64,000 nucleotides of DNA from Candidatus Latescibacterota bacterium (GTDB taxonomy: Bacteria; Latescibacterota; UBA2968; GCA-2709665). A program made the translations under genes and the position numbers. Of the stretch, positions 51,859 through 63,700 are shown piece after piece. Position 1 is the first letter of the stretch. Every line of letters begins with the position of its first letter. Below the pieces are notes generated by a model. It saw nothing but the letters and a program-made list of their open reading frames with translations, was not told the origin of the DNA and ran no database searches. The stretch is from NCBI GenBank assembly GCA_965219455.1, contig OZ244744.1:1824001-1888000 (forward strand). Direction: 5' to 3'.

Positions 51859-53844
51859 TTACCACCAGTGCACCTGGTGTCCCTGTCCGGGAAACCACAC
51901 GGCGTCGACCGCAAATGCCAGCACCACGCCCGCCGTGTATCCGACGAGCAGACCCAGGAACAGCGGCTTGGACCGACGGTAGAGGGCAACCCCGCCCACC
52001 CGCATGACGACCGCCTTCGCGGCCCACGCCATAAAAACCGGCATTGCCAGGCTGTACACGTTGTCCGCGGCGGCAACCGCCAGTCCGATGGGATGGATCG
52101 GCCACCAGGAAAAACGATACCGCAGGAACGTGAGCGCCCCCATCAGGCCGGCGCCGATCCCGAAGAACAATACCCGGCTCAACTCGGGCGCTCCCGGCGT
52201 GCGCATCTGGCCCAGCGTGGTGGAGAAAACCGCCTTGGGATTCCCGTTGAAAAACAGGCGCGAGAAGTTGTAGGCGCCATGCGTATGGCCCAGGTGGAGG
52301 GTGAACCAGACCGACGTGACGAGCCCGGCGAACACCCCCACGGTCACGCAGAACAGCAGGAGGCGCCGGTTGCCCCGGATGCGATCCCCCAGACGCACCG
52401 CCTGCGCCAGGCCCGGCGTGAAGAGCCCGCGCATATAGTCTATCAGCGCGTAGGAAAGCGCGATGGAGGTGAGGCAGGCGCCGGAGAGTCCGTAGGTGCC
52501 CCGCAGGTCCATCACGAAGGCCTGCGGCGTCACCGTGCCCTGGGCATAGGCCACCCCTGCTTCCGAAACGACACGCGCCAGACCGATATAGATGACGCCA
52601 AGGGCAAACAGGAACATCGACGCCGAGATCACGTCCATACCGGATCGCTGGAGCCAGAATAGCGCGTATATCGCACTTAATAACAGGCCCAGGACCGACG
52701 TACGGTACGAAAGGACTTCCCGGCCGTCGTCCACCGGATGGTCCGGGCGAATGGCCTTGAGGAAAACGTCCCGAAGATGCGCGCGGGCCACCCACAGCCG
52801 CCACCCGACCAGGCACGCCATCGCGCCGAAACACTGCCACGCCTCGGTGGGGGGATCCGCACTGAAGGTATCGGTGGACCGTTCGATCTGATACCCCAGG
52901 CGGTTGAAGATTCCGCCCTCCACCACGTGCACAAGGAAAAAGAACCAGATGCTGAACAGCACCTGCAGGTTGGCGAAATACGCAAAGCCGATGGTGTAGA
53001 ACTGCAGGGGCTGGATATAGACGCCCGGGGAGTAGCGCGTGAAGCGGAAGTAACCTGCGTGTGGAAAGAAACGAATCCCCGGCATCCCGTGAAAAAACCA
53101 GGACGTCGCGTGCCAGGCGAACAGCCCGAACGCGAGGGCCGCTCCGAACCAGAAGAGCCGGCCTTTCATGAAATCCGGCAGCGCGCTTCGGGACGACGCG
53201 CCCTCCGCCATTTCGATCGGAACCGCCGCAAGGGGATAGACCAGCTTTTCGTTCTCGGCCCATTGCCTCCGCAGAATGACCATCGTGCACGCAGAGCCCA
53301 CGAGGAGGGCGGCCACCAGGCTGCCCCACCAGGCCAGCGGGGCCAGCCACGTCTTCCAGGGCTGTACGCCTGCCGCGCCACCCTCGAAGAAAGCCCGCAG
53401 GGCGCCGCTGTCCGTCGGCACCATCCACGATTTGAGATGCGGGTGATAGTACTCGGCCCACCCGTTTTCCGGGGTTGCGAAATAGATCGGGCTTCCGATC
53501 ACCCCCACCAGGAATCCGGTGATTCCCGACGTGGGCACGACCGAGCCAACCATCCCGATTGCCGCCACCGTCAACAACTCGGAAGGCGACAGGACGGCAT
53601 CACGACGGATCCGCCTGATCAGCGGGTTCACGCCGCCCACAAGTGCGATGAAGATGCTCAGCAGCGTCAGCTGAAAAAAACTCAGGTTGAGCCTGGACGA
53701 GCGTACGACCGTTTCCGCATAGGTCACCCACAGGTTGATGGCCACCACGGCCAGCACGCCGATGCACACCGACCTGAGGGTGATCCCCTCCCTCGATTTC
53801 GAGACTTGCTTCTTCGGAACGGATTTCACTCCGTGATGGACCAT
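51859..53844 (-). CDS. DUF6785/DUF6784-like polytopic membrane protein
   Basis: YFATPENGW, ILRRQWAENEKLVYPLA, WWPIHPIG. Confidence 0.8.
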   Translation of the reverse strand: MVHHGVKSVPKKQVSKSREGITLRSVCIGVLAVVAINLWVTYAETVVRSSRLNLSFFQLTLLSIFIALVGGVNPLIRRIRRDAVLSPSELLTVAAIGMVGSVVPTSGITGFLVGVIGSPIYFATPENGWAEYYHPHLKSWMVPTDSGALRAFFEGGAAGVQPWKTWLAPLAWWGSLVAALLVGSACTMVILRRQWAENEKLVYPLAAVPIEMAEGASSRSALPDFMKGRLFWFGAALAFGLFAWHATSWFFHGMPGIRFFPHAGYFRFTRYSPGVYIQPLQFYTIGFAYFANLQVLFSIWFFFLVHVVEGGIFNRLGYQIERSTDTFSADPPTEAWQCFGAMACLVGWRLWVARAHLRDVFLKAIRPDHPVDDGREVLSYRTSVLGLLLSAIYALFWLQRSGMDVISASMFLFALGVIYIGLARVVSEAGVAYAQGTVTPQAFVMDLRGTYGLSGACLTSIALSYALIDYMRGLFTPGLAQAVRLGDRIRGNRRLLLFCVTVGVFAGLVTSVWFTLHLGHTHGAYNFSRLFFNGNPKAVFSTTLGQMRTPGAPELSRVLFFGIGAGLMGALTFLRYRFSWWPIHPIGLAVAAADNVYSLAMPVFMAWAAKAVVMRVGGVALYRRSKPLFLGLLVGYTAGVVLAFAVDAVWFPGQGHQVHWW

Positions 53845-53876
53845 ATCCGTATTCTTCCGCGTTTTGCTGTGGGCAC

Positions 53877-56231
53877 TTATCCGTCAGCCGGCAATATTGC
53901 AAAATCGTCGAACCAGAAATGCTGTCCTTCTTTCGCATTCCCGTGGGTATAGAACCTGAACCGGCGCAAATAACGAACTTCCTTGAGGTGTTCGCGTATC
54001 GTCCGTGCGTCGAGTCTTGCATGGTGCCACTGGCCGTCGTCCAGCAACGCGCAGGTGTCCGTGTCCGGGAATGTTCCGCAATTGCGCGACGACGTACCCC
54101 CCACAATCACGATCCCCTCACCGTACGCTTCCGAGGGAAATGCCTGAAGCCACAGCCCCACCGGCACGCCCTCCGGGATCCGGTAGGCGAACCGGATGAA
54201 CGGGTACGTGTCGATATCCCATTCCCCGGGAGCGAGACTGCAGCCCAGGTCGGACCCGTCTTCCTCCGCGAAAAGCCGAACGCACCTGCCACCGCCGTAT
54301 CCACCGTTAACGAACCCGTGCCCTGTCAATCGGTTTCCGCGGTAGATCTTGAACAGGTACCCCCAATCCAGCGTCGTCTCTTCTTCAAAGTCGACCACCA
54401 GCATCGGCGCTCCGGGTTCCACCGGCAGCTCCACCTTCACAAATGCCACGTCCACGCCCTCATCCCCGTCCTCATACCGAACCCGGACCCGAGGCGTATA
54501 GTGGCCGCAATCCGAATAAACGTGTACCGCTTCGGGCGCCTCCATGGTTCTTCCATCGCCGAAGTCCCACTGGGCAGACGCGACGTCCGTGCCCGCGGGC
54601 TCGACACGAAACCTCACTTTCTCCCCGGGTTGGGCGTCGGCCGGCTCGGCCCTTGCGATCGCCCGCCTGGAACCCCGGAGCCCATGTTCGTATGCGCCGA
54701 TATCGGGCGCCTCCCCGGACCACGGCAGGCTCACCGGATCACCGGCCTCCCATTCCATCTCACGGTCCAGAACGAGCATGTCCGGCTGGTAGTAGTTGAG
54801 CAGGACCTTCTCGATACGGGCAATCCGATCTCCCGTCCCGATGGCTACGCGGTCTCCCGTTTCGCCGTCAATTCCAAACCCGTCGTAGAAGTATCTGCCG
54901 TCGTCAACCGGGAGTTCCCGGCCCCTTCCGCCCAGCCTCGTCCGCGTCAGCGCACGTCCGGCATCAATGCACGGACTGTTCGCATGCAGGCGAAAATCGT
55001 GGTTTTCGGAATTCACAAAGCCGGGGTCCACGTCTATGTTATCCTCGAATTCCAGCCAGTGTCCGCGGACCACCGCATTCTCGTTGGCCTCATCAACCGT
55101 CCAGAACCGATCTCCGTGCCGCACCACCCGCTGCCCGGCCTCCGTGCCCCGAAATACATTGTTCAAAAACAGGTTGTCGCCTGCAATTCCCGCTCCCCTC
55201 ACAATCTGGACATTGCCCCCGCACCTGTCGTTCCGATAGAAGATGTTGTTGACGAACACGTTAGAACTCACGTTGACCCCGGTCAGTTCCCACCCGTACC
55301 CGAGGTTGTCCGCAATCGTATTGTGGTACACCCTGGAATTGACGAAGCGGAAGGGATCGCGCACCTGGTAATTCACCGGCACGTAACTCGATGAGTTGAG
55401 CGGCGTATGCCGGTTGCGAAACACCCGGTTGAAGCGGATGATACTGTCAATCAGCAGATTCTTCGCCCGGCTGTCGGCCGAATGCGCGCTGTCGCGCGCC
55501 TCGGTAACGATATTGCCCTCGACCAGCGCCCTGCCCGAAGCCCAGAACTCGTAGTTGCGCCCCCACGGGTTGTGGAAGCAATTCGACCGTACCACGAAGT
55601 TATTTGTCATCGAAATCTGCAACGGGCAGTGCCCCACCCGCGCAAACGCGTTTCCCTCGATCACCACGTACGTGCACTCGACCACCTGGCACATATTGCC
55701 ACCAACGCGGTCCTTGCGGAACACGTTGTCGATGAGCCGGACGTGCTCGCACCCGTTCAGCACCAGCGGCGTCGAATGCCCAGACTTCTCCATATAACAT
55801 CCCTGGACGGCGAGGCGATCGCACCCATCGGCGCGCAGCCAGCGCCCGTCCCCGGGCGCAATCCGGAAGTCCTCGATTCGGATATTGTGCTTCTCCTGAA
55901 GATCCACCGCCAGCCGGTTTTCGCCCCCGCCAACGAGCACGGCCCCATGCCTGACTTCCGACCGGTAGCGGATGGGAGCATCCGGCTCTCCGACATGCTC
56001 CGGCGTGATCGTGCCCTCGTATACCCCCGGCTGAAAGACCAGGGTATCGCCCGGTCTCAAGGCGCCGTTTGCCCGGCCGATGCTTCTCCAGGGAGACGCG
56101 CGCCCGCCCGACCCCGAGTCGTCGCCGTCCGTCGCCAGGTAGAACACCGCGCCCAGGCAGGGCAGGACGAGGGGCAACGTCAGAATGACCATTTCCAGGA
56201 AACTGGCGTCCGAATCGATTAAATAGAGCAT
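53877..56231 (-). CDS. Right-handed beta-helix protein with PKD domain
   Basis: YLATDGDDSGSG…PWRSI…PGDT…GVY (DUF1565-like), Asn-rich beta-helix repeats, SPCIDAG, PDIGAYE, PKD WDFGDG; start may be at MVILTL. Confidence 0.8.
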   Translation of the reverse strand: MLYLIDSDASFLEMVILTLPLVLPCLGAVFYLATDGDDSGSGGRASPWRSIGRANGALRPGDTLVFQPGVYEGTITPEHVGEPDAPIRYRSEVRHGAVLVGGGENRLAVDLQEKHNIRIEDFRIAPGDGRWLRADGCDRLAVQGCYMEKSGHSTPLVLNGCEHVRLIDNVFRKDRVGGNMCQVVECTYVVIEGNAFARVGHCPLQISMTNNFVVRSNCFHNPWGRNYEFWASGRALVEGNIVTEARDSAHSADSRAKNLLIDSIIRFNRVFRNRHTPLNSSSYVPVNYQVRDPFRFVNSRVYHNTIADNLGYGWELTGVNVSSNVFVNNIFYRNDRCGGNVQIVRGAGIAGDNLFLNNVFRGTEAGQRVVRHGDRFWTVDEANENAVVRGHWLEFEDNIDVDPGFVNSENHDFRLHANSPCIDAGRALTRTRLGGRGRELPVDDGRYFYDGFGIDGETGDRVAIGTGDRIARIEKVLLNYYQPDMLVLDREMEWEAGDPVSLPWSGEAPDIGAYEHGLRGSRRAIARAEPADAQPGEKVRFRVEPAGTDVASAQWDFGDGRTMEAPEAVHVYSDCGHYTPRVRVRYEDGDEGVDVAFVKVELPVEPGAPMLVVDFEEETTLDWGYLFKIYRGNRLTGHGFVNGGYGGGRCVRLFAEEDGSDLGCSLAPGEWDIDTYPFIRFAYRIPEGVPVGLWLQAFPSEAYGEGIVIVGGTSSRNCGTFPDTDTCALLDDGQWHHARLDARTIREHLKEVRYLRRFRFYTHGNAKEGQHFWFDDFAILPADG

Positions 56232-56286
56232 ACGGACCTCTCCGAATTATCGGATGGGCACCTCAGGCCTCTCCGGCGGGCGCGTC

Positions 56287-57147
56287 TTACCGGCGTTTTT
56301 CCTCTTCTTCCATTAGCGGCACGAGGCTGGGCCGCCGGCTGGCGTAGGGCGGCTCCATCACAGCGCGCTGCAAAGGCGTCAACTCGTCCTTGAACGATTC
56401 GTAGCCCGCCGGGTGGATGCTGGGCCCGGATCCGAAGACCATATCCCCCGCCCCGTATCGGTACAGCAACGTTCTGCGCTCGTGGGACGCCGTCCAGGGG
56501 AACGTGCCGTGGGTGAGCGACTCGGTGAAAATCAACGCCGAGCCGGCCTTCATCGGAAGATGTCTGAACCACTCCGGGTGGATATCCAGGCGGCGAACAT
56601 CCGCCGGACACGGGTAGTTCGCCCTGTGGCTGCCGGGAATGCACGCGAATCCACCGTCGCCGGGACCGATATCCGTCAACTGGTAACAGACCGCCATCAG
56701 ACCGTTCCACATCCGCCCGTCCTGAAATTCGAAATAATACGGACCCCTCGGTGTCCCGCCGCCGTGAAACAGAAAACCCTCGGCGCCGGCCGTCATGCTG
56801 ATCCCGTTCGCATTTCCGTACCGAAACCCGTCGCCGATCAGTTCCAGCATGTATCGCATCGTCCGGGGATGGGTCAACAGGTCACGGAAGGGCTGGCACC
56901 AGGGCTTGGGCCAGTTTAGAACGTCCATGATATCCCCGCGACCGTGTGTGCCCTTCAACAATGGCGCGGCCTTGCCCCCGTGCTGTTTGGCGGCGCCCGA
57001 CAGCAATGCCTCTCCCGCCCGGATATGGACGTGGTCCGGGTTGTGATCGATCGCCTCATTCAGCGCCGCCACTTCTCCGGGCGTCAGTATATCCTCCACC
57101 ACGATATAACCGTTTACGTCGAAATGATATCGCTCATAGGCGTCCAT
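56287..57147 (-). CDS. Phytanoyl-CoA dioxygenase (PhyH) family protein
   Basis: FDVNGY, LFHGG, GGFACIPGSH, AGSALIF…HGT…RR; GGAGG RBS. Confidence 0.9.
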   Translation of the reverse strand: MDAYERYHFDVNGYIVVEDILTPGEVAALNEAIDHNPDHVHIRAGEALLSGAAKQHGGKAAPLLKGTHGRGDIMDVLNWPKPWCQPFRDLLTHPRTMRYMLELIGDGFRYGNANGISMTAGAEGFLFHGGGTPRGPYYFEFQDGRMWNGLMAVCYQLTDIGPGDGGFACIPGSHRANYPCPADVRRLDIHPEWFRHLPMKAGSALIFTESLTHGTFPWTASHERRTLLYRYGAGDMVFGSGPSIHPAGYESFKDELTPLQRAVMEPPYASRRPSLVPLMEEEEKRR

Positions 57148-57274
57148 ACGTCCCTCCGTGAAAGTCCTGGAACTGTTCTGGTGAACGTCTCGGTAATCCC
57201 GGACCGAATTTTTCCGTGGCCGGGTCGGAGCGGTTCATCGACCGCCCCGACTCTGCGACTCGCTGAGAAGGGGG

Positions 57275-60200
57275 CTAGGGTTCGATTTGCCAAATTTCAT
57301 GCGCACAGACGAGGTGCGCGCCCGCGCCATGGGACTCCACAATAGAACAGGGCGCTGGCATCCTGCCCAGTGTTCGACCTTTACCGGACGCCAAGACCGT
57401 GCTGAGTTTCCCCTGATTGTCGATCACAAGTGTTTCGTTTCCAAACGGCGCCAGGTGACTGATGCCCCGCTCGAAAAGGCGGTGCCAGACCAAATTCCCT
57501 TCCAGATCGTAGCAGAGCAGGAATCCCTGACTCGTAGCGGCAATTACACGATGTTCGGACCCGGCAAACCGGATGCCCGTGACCCGCCCGCCCAGCCGCT
57601 TCACCCAGCGCCTCTCCCATTCCCCTCCCTCACCCCGTTCGAACACGTGCAGGTTCCGGCCGCGGTTTGCGCCGCAGCCGATGAAATGCCGCCCGTCGGT
57701 TTCGTCAAACGCCAGCGCCGTCAGGATGCTCGTCCACCCCTCCACGTCGAGGTGAGCCAGAAAATTCCCGTGCGGGTCCAGGACACGGCATTTCGACGTG
57801 TCGCTGAGCACCTCGCCTCCGACAATAATCTCCGGTTCGCCACACCCGTCCACGTCGGCCACCCGGATACGCCCGGGCACGCCCTCATTGTAACGCCTGC
57901 GCCACAGTTCCCCGCCGGCCCCGTCAAAGCAGCGGATCTGAATATCTCCGCAGCCCACGGCAAAAAAGGCCGATCCCTCGTTGACCCCACCCGCCACCTG
58001 AACGGGCGCGGGGGTCGGCAGTTCCCACCAGGGCCAGGGGCAGGGCTCCCGATCGATGTCCGTTTGCCAGACCCGCCTGCCCCGGGTATCCAACCCGGTC
58101 AGCCGGCTCGCGCCGTGCCCGACCGCCAGGACCGTCTCGTCTCCCTCCGCAGCGCCGATATCGTAAACCGGTCCATCGAGGTCTTCGGACCAGACCACCC
58201 TCGCTTCCGGATCCAGGAACGTCACAGCGCCGTTTGCGGCGCCCACCACCAGCGATCCATCCGCCAGCGGGCACATCGCGCGGATCCCATCTCCCGCATC
58301 AAACACCCGGAAGGCATCGGCCCGCTCCGAACCCCCTGCAACCGCCGATCGCTCCGCCGCGGGTGGCCGCACCGACAGGACATCCAGACACCACGACGTT
58401 TCACCCTGTAAGAGGCGGACCTCGTCTTCCGTCTCCAGCAGATGGACCGGGGCTTCTCCCGGACCGCACACCTGGGCGACGTGAGTCATACGCACGCCCT
58501 GCCCGGCTTCCAGGCGCGCGGCGCGGCGCGCCACAAACGTCGAAAGCGCGACATCGTCGGTATGGTACCGCTCCTTCCACAGTTCCTGGTCCTCCGCATT
58601 CTTGTACCGCAGATGGACGGCCTCTTCAACAACCGACAGAGAAGAAGCCTCGCAGAGGCTCTCTATGCGAAACGTCACCTCCCCGGCTGAGGGGCTCTGC
58701 CTCTCGCACCGCGCCTCGCGCCCATCCAGAACCAGCATGGCCGGTGCTCGGAAGCGGGCCTCCACCGCATAGTCGCCCGCCTCGCCGGCAATTACCGTAT
58801 CGTTGAAGACAACGCAGCTCCCCGGACGCAGGTGGACCTCACGCACCCAGTCGGCGCCCGCGTAATCCTTCAACCGGATACGCAGGTACACGTTCCCTTC
58901 CGCGTCGGTCTCGTTCGCCTCCAGAATCGCGAATCCCGGAATCTCGCCGGATTCGCCGTCCCGCACGACCGTCACGACCGACATGTGTTCGGGCGCGGAA
59001 TGCACAAAGCTGTCCTCCTGCACGATCAGCGAGAGACCCAGCCGGGCGTAGTCCAGAATGCCGCCTGCATCGTCGTAGGAATGGCTGCCTCCTCCCAGGC
59101 CGTCGATCAGAAGAAAATCCTTCTCCGGCTCCCAGCCCGTACGCACGGAGAGCTTGTCGAAACACCGGTCAATCGGTGCAGATGGGGACGTGGTCACCAC
59201 CCCTGGCGCGCCATGCGGATCCCGTTCCCACGCGTGATACAGAAGCGGGTCCACCGGAACGACGGTCACTCCCGTGCAATCTTCCGGTGCCTTCGGGGCC
59301 ACACCCGCGTCGAATGCCCGCGGCATCGACGTCAGGCTGACCAGCCGGCGGTCGGGCGGCGCGAGGTCGTGGACGAACCGGTATCGCCCGTCGTTGAACC
59401 AGGCCGCCGCCGCCCGTAGGCTGGGACCGGGAAACTGCCGGTTCAGGTCGCTGTCTCCAGCCGACGGAAGCCATCCCTCGTTGTTCACCACGGCCATCGC
59501 CGCGTCCGCGGCCTGTCTGGCGCCTCCCTGCTCGAAATATCCGTGGTCCGGGTCATTCAGCCCGTATTCCACCATCACCGGCTGCGACATCCACCATCCG
59601 TGGCAGAGTCCGTCGCACAGCGGTTTCCAGGACGGGCCGTAGGGAGCATATGCCCGCCGGGCGGCCTGCTCCCACTGCTCCGGACCGGGAAGTTCCGGGA
59701 AGTGCGTCCGGAAATACGCCGCCGCGTACGCCAGCGCCAGGGACGGGATAAGTTCGTGGTTCTGCCTGGGCACGTGCATACTCACCACGCGGGGACAGTG
59801 CGCAACGTGATGCCATCCCTCCCTGCTTTCCGCCCAGCCGTAGATGAAACGTGTAATGGCAAGACGTTCCGCCTCGCTGAACAGGTTCATGTGCTCAACC
59901 AGTCGCCAGGGCTGCAGCCGGCTCAGGCTGTAGAGGTGCGCCTGGACGATCTTTTCGGACTTCTCGTATCCACTCTCGACCACCGCCTCCCACGCACGGC
60001 GGTATTCCTCTCCGAGTTGCGGGTCTCCCGTCAGATAGTAGAGATATCCCTTCAGATCTCCCTGCATCGTATTCGCGATCTGCCACGCCGTCGGGAGAAG
60101 CGGCTCCGACCGGACCTGCCTGGTCTCCGTGGGCGAGAGCGGCAGCCGCGTCACCACGAGGGCCGCCAGGTGCGGAATCGGATCGTCCAGGTGCGAACAG

Positions 60201-60598
60201 AACGCATCTGACACCGCGTTTGCGCCCGCGGCGTCGCTGTATCCCGTCTGGATGATGTTATAGCCGGTTCCGAAGGGATCGCACAGCGTGCGCAATTCAT
60301 ATCCTCCGGGGCCCGGATACCACAGGTCCGTCGCGCACATGAATCGAAAGTAGAGTTCCCGTACGCATCGGCTGTCCGACAGGTTTCCGACGACGATCAC
60401 CGGGCCGTCCGCACCCGTCAGCACGTCGCCGGCCGGATCCTCCAGAAGTTCGACAGGGGCCTTCAGATCCTGAAGCGCCCGATGCATCCGTTCTGCCGCC
60501 GCCCTCCCATGCTCGGACCTCGGCGCGGCCACCAGAACCCGCTGTGCCGCATGCAGGGGTGTTTCCGGTTCCAGAGTGCGTGGACGTTCGATTGCCAT
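57275..60598 (-). CDS. Heparinase II/III-like protein + beta-propeller (divergent paralog)
   Basis: YPGPGGYELRT, RQNH, FDKLSVRTGW…FLLIDG..GGSHSYDD, WVREV, C-terminal propeller repeats. Confidence 0.72.
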   Translation of the reverse strand: MAIERPRTLEPETPLHAAQRVLVAAPRSEHGRAAAERMHRALQDLKAPVELLEDPAGDVLTGADGPVIVVGNLSDSRCVRELYFRFMCATDLWYPGPGGYELRTLCDPFGTGYNIIQTGYSDAAGANAVSDAFCSHLDDPIPHLAALVVTRLPLSPTETRQVRSEPLLPTAWQIANTMQGDLKGYLYYLTGDPQLGEEYRRAWEAVVESGYEKSEKIVQAHLYSLSRLQPWRLVEHMNLFSEAERLAITRFIYGWAESREGWHHVAHCPRVVSMHVPRQNHELIPSLALAYAAAYFRTHFPELPGPEQWEQAARRAYAPYGPSWKPLCDGLCHGWWMSQPVMVEYGLNDPDHGYFEQGGARQAADAAMAVVNNEGWLPSAGDSDLNRQFPGPSLRAAAAWFNDGRYRFVHDLAPPDRRLVSLTSMPRAFDAGVAPKAPEDCTGVTVVPVDPLLYHAWERDPHGAPGVVTTSPSAPIDRCFDKLSVRTGWEPEKDFLLIDGLGGGSHSYDDAGGILDYARLGLSLIVQEDSFVHSAPEHMSVVTVVRDGESGEIPGFAILEANETDAEGNVYLRIRLKDYAGADWVREVHLRPGSCVVFNDTVIAGEAGDYAVEARFRAPAMLVLDGREARCERQSPSAGEVTFRIESLCEASSLSVVEEAVHLRYKNAEDQELWKERYHTDDVALSTFVARRAARLEAGQGVRMTHVAQVCGPGEAPVHLLETEDEVRLLQGETSWCLDVLSVRPPAAERSAVAGGSERADAFRVFDAGDGIRAMCPLADGSLVVGAANGAVTFLDPEARVVWSEDLDGPVYDIGAAEGDETVLAVGHGASRLTGLDTRGRRVWQTDIDREPCPWPWWELPTPAPVQVAGGVNEGSAFFAVGCGDIQIRCFDGAGGELWRRRYNEGVPGRIRVADVDGCGEPEIIVGGEVLSDTSKCRVLDPHGNFLAHLDVEGWTSILTALAFDETDGRHFIGCGANRGRNLHVFERGEGGEWERRWVKRLGGRVTGIRFAGSEHRVIAATSQGFLLCYDLEGNLVWHRLFERGISHLAPFGNETLVIDNQGKLSTVLASGKGRTLGRMPAPCSIVESHGAGAHLVCAHEIWQIEP

Positions 60599-60748
60599 GC
60601 CAATCGCCCTCCTATGGCGCTTTGATTCGTTTCAGGCCCGCGGCGAGCCGCCTCTTGGGGCTGACGTGTTCCCCGGCGTTAATGGAAATTCGAGGTTAAG
60701 GCCAACCTGCGGAAAATGGGACGCAGGCGTATTAAGGGCAGGATGCCC

Positions 60749-63700
60749 TCACTCCCGGTTGCTCCTACCCGCAGAGCCGGAATTCCAGAAAAAGCACTCC
60801 ACCGTTCCGTCCCGCCGGCCCGCCACCAGCCCGCCGTCCGGCCACGCTGCCGCCGCCGTCACTTCCACTCCATCGCCCCCCGACGACCGGACCGCGCCCT
60901 CCGCGTCCAGGCCGACTGCCGCCCCGCCCCGAAGCGCCACCAGACACCCGCCATTGCCATCGGGAGCCAGCCCGATCACAGGCTCCACCAGAAAACGGCT
61001 CCACAACCGTATGCCATCGGCCTTGAAACACTGCACGTACCCGTTCGAAGCCCCCACGTAGACACACCCCCCGGCCGTCTCCACCGAAAGCGCCGCGCCT
61101 CCCAGATCCGCGTCCCACAACACATCGCCGTCCCGGTTATACACAATCAACTGCCGGTGATTCGTATCCACACCACTGAGTACTTCCTCCCAGCCGTCCC
61201 CGTCCACGTCCGCCGCGCGGAGACACCTGGACCACGACGGAATCGACCAACTCATGATATCCGGCCGAGATAGCGTCTGCACGCACGCTCCATCCGACTC
61301 GAACACCCGGACGCAGCCGTGAATCGACGGGTCCGCCATACCAGCGAGCACCTGCCGGCCGCGCCCGTCCCGCAGCCGCGCCACCGCCAGGCACGTGGGC
61401 GGACCCCACTGGCAGGCGGAACGCCACATCAAACCGCCGCCCTCGTCGAACGCGTAAACGTGGCGATCCGCGCATCCGGCCAGAATCTCCTGTCTGCCGT
61501 CGCCGTCGATATCTCCGGCCGCCAGGCTCAGTACCTTGCAGTTCAACCACGTCCAGTAGTCCCAGTTCATGGGCTGCCACTCGAGTTGATAGGACCACAC
61601 CTCCCTACCCGACCCGTCCAGCCGGTGCACCGCCTCGGCCTCCCCGCCGGCCACCACGCCTCCGTCCGACAGGGCCAGGACGGTTCGGACCCCTCCCGAA
61701 ACTGCATGCTTCCATCGTATCCCGCCGTTACGGTCGAATGCCGTGATGCCTCCGCTATCGTCGCCCGCGACGCAGCCTCCTTCCCATACATCCGTCGCCG
61801 TCACCGTTGCCCCGCACAATCCGCGCCACACAGGCTTCGCATCTCCCCCTGCGGCGACGAACGGTCCGGCATCCGATCCGTCCAGGGTGGTTCCCGCCGT
61901 GGGAAGGATCGCCGCGTCTTCCCTTACCTCGACCACGGCACATTCGGCAGAGAGGGAGACGGTTGCGGCAGACCCTTCGCCTTCGACGCGGTAGCCCGAC
62001 GCTTCCGGATTCAGGGCATACGTCCGGGGATGCGCCTTTTCGTCGCTCCAGAACAGCGTGGCGAATCTCACCCCTTCGCCAGACCGAAGTCCTCTCATCG
62101 AGCGCTGCACCCACCGCGTCCCTTCTTCCGCCAGGGCGGACGTCACCGGAATCAGTTCCTGACACCCGCTTCCCGTATGCCGCATCTGAAGCCGTGCATC
62201 ACCCTGGACCGCACGCAGCGCCCCATCCGCCATTTCCACGTCCCCGTAAACGTGCCAGCGGTCCTCCACCAGGTACTCGCCATCAGCCCTCGCCCAGACT
62301 TCGTCGATGACCAGAAACCATCCCGCTTTGGCATGCACGATATGGCGATACCAGTCCGCCTGGCCGGGAGACTTCATCGACGTGCCCGCCACGCACAGGC
62401 GTTCTCCTTCCTCAAGGTATCGCAGCGCCGCATACCGGGATTCGCAGCCAGGCCCCGCACCGTCAACCGCGATACTCACCCCATTGTGATCCCTTACCGA
62501 CGCCGGACCCACGCGCCCTCCGAACCAGTTCCGCCCGCGGCCGGTATACCGCACAATACAGTTGCCGTCCTGGTAGGAATGGGACCCGCCTGAAATTCCG
62601 CAAAGTAGCAGATAGTCGTCGTCATCCGCCCAGCCGGAACGGAAATACACCTTGTCGAACGTCTGTTCGAATGGCAGGTCACGCAGGTAAACACCCTCGG
62701 GGGCCAAACCGCCAAACTCCTCCAGCGAATCGTAGAACAGTCGCGAGAGCGGGGCCACGCCCACACGCCCCAATCTATCGGGCGTTGCCGCCTGTCGCCC
62801 CGTCACCCACGTGCGAAGCGGCTCTTCCCGTCCGCCTATCGCTCGCTCGGCCAACGCATCTTCGTCCGACACGCCGCAGAAATGCAGATACTCGTCGTTA
62901 CGCGTCACCGCCGAGGCCATCAACAGATACTGCTGAGGCCCACCTTCCAGGTTGCTGTGCGCAACCAGCGCCCGATCCACACCCTCCAGGTACGGCTTGC
63001 TCGAAAGATAGTCCGCCTTCCCCGAAGCCAGCGCATAGTCTGCCGTATTGAAGAGCGAGGCGGTCCACTGGTGACCCCACGAGTCACACACCGGCTTGTT
63101 CGACGTCATCTGAGGGTCAAAAAACACCTCCGCCAGCTTCATCCACCCAAGACCTTCGGCCAGCCCGTGCACCTGGTGAAAGTAGCGGCCCCCGTAAAAG
63201 AGGTCCAGTGCCGACCGGGTCTGGTGATTCTGCCGCACCCGATCCACACCCACATGGCTCAAAAAACCGGTATTTCCGGCCCCCTCCGAGGACCGGTAAA
63301 GCCCCAGGAAGGCCTCCAGCGTCTCCTCCCGCTGTTCTTTCGGAATGCACGGGTGGTTCTCCAGGATCGTAAACGGCAGCAGCAACGTCCTCAGAAACCC
63401 GTGGATCTGCGGCGGGTCCGGCAGGTCTCGCTCAAACCACCGCGTGCGGGCGAAATGGCAGACCTGTCTGCAGAACATCGCCATCAACGCCTCCATGCCG
63501 GTACGCACCGCCAGCATACCAATTGTAGCAATAGCGCCCATATAGTCCCAGTCACCCGCCCCGCTGGTATACTCTCGCTCCAGATCGGCATCGCCCGCCG
63601 CCAGCCGCTCCCGCGCCGGCGCCAGGTACAAGTCCGCCCACTTCCCTGGCTTCGCCCGATACTGAAAGGGCAACACAGGTCCATTTGCCTCGATCACCTC

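Noticed and set aside
60735-60760. Possible REP remnant (GGGCAGGATGCCCTCACTCCC)
   Set aside because: Single short degenerate copy overlapping a stop codon; not enough support.
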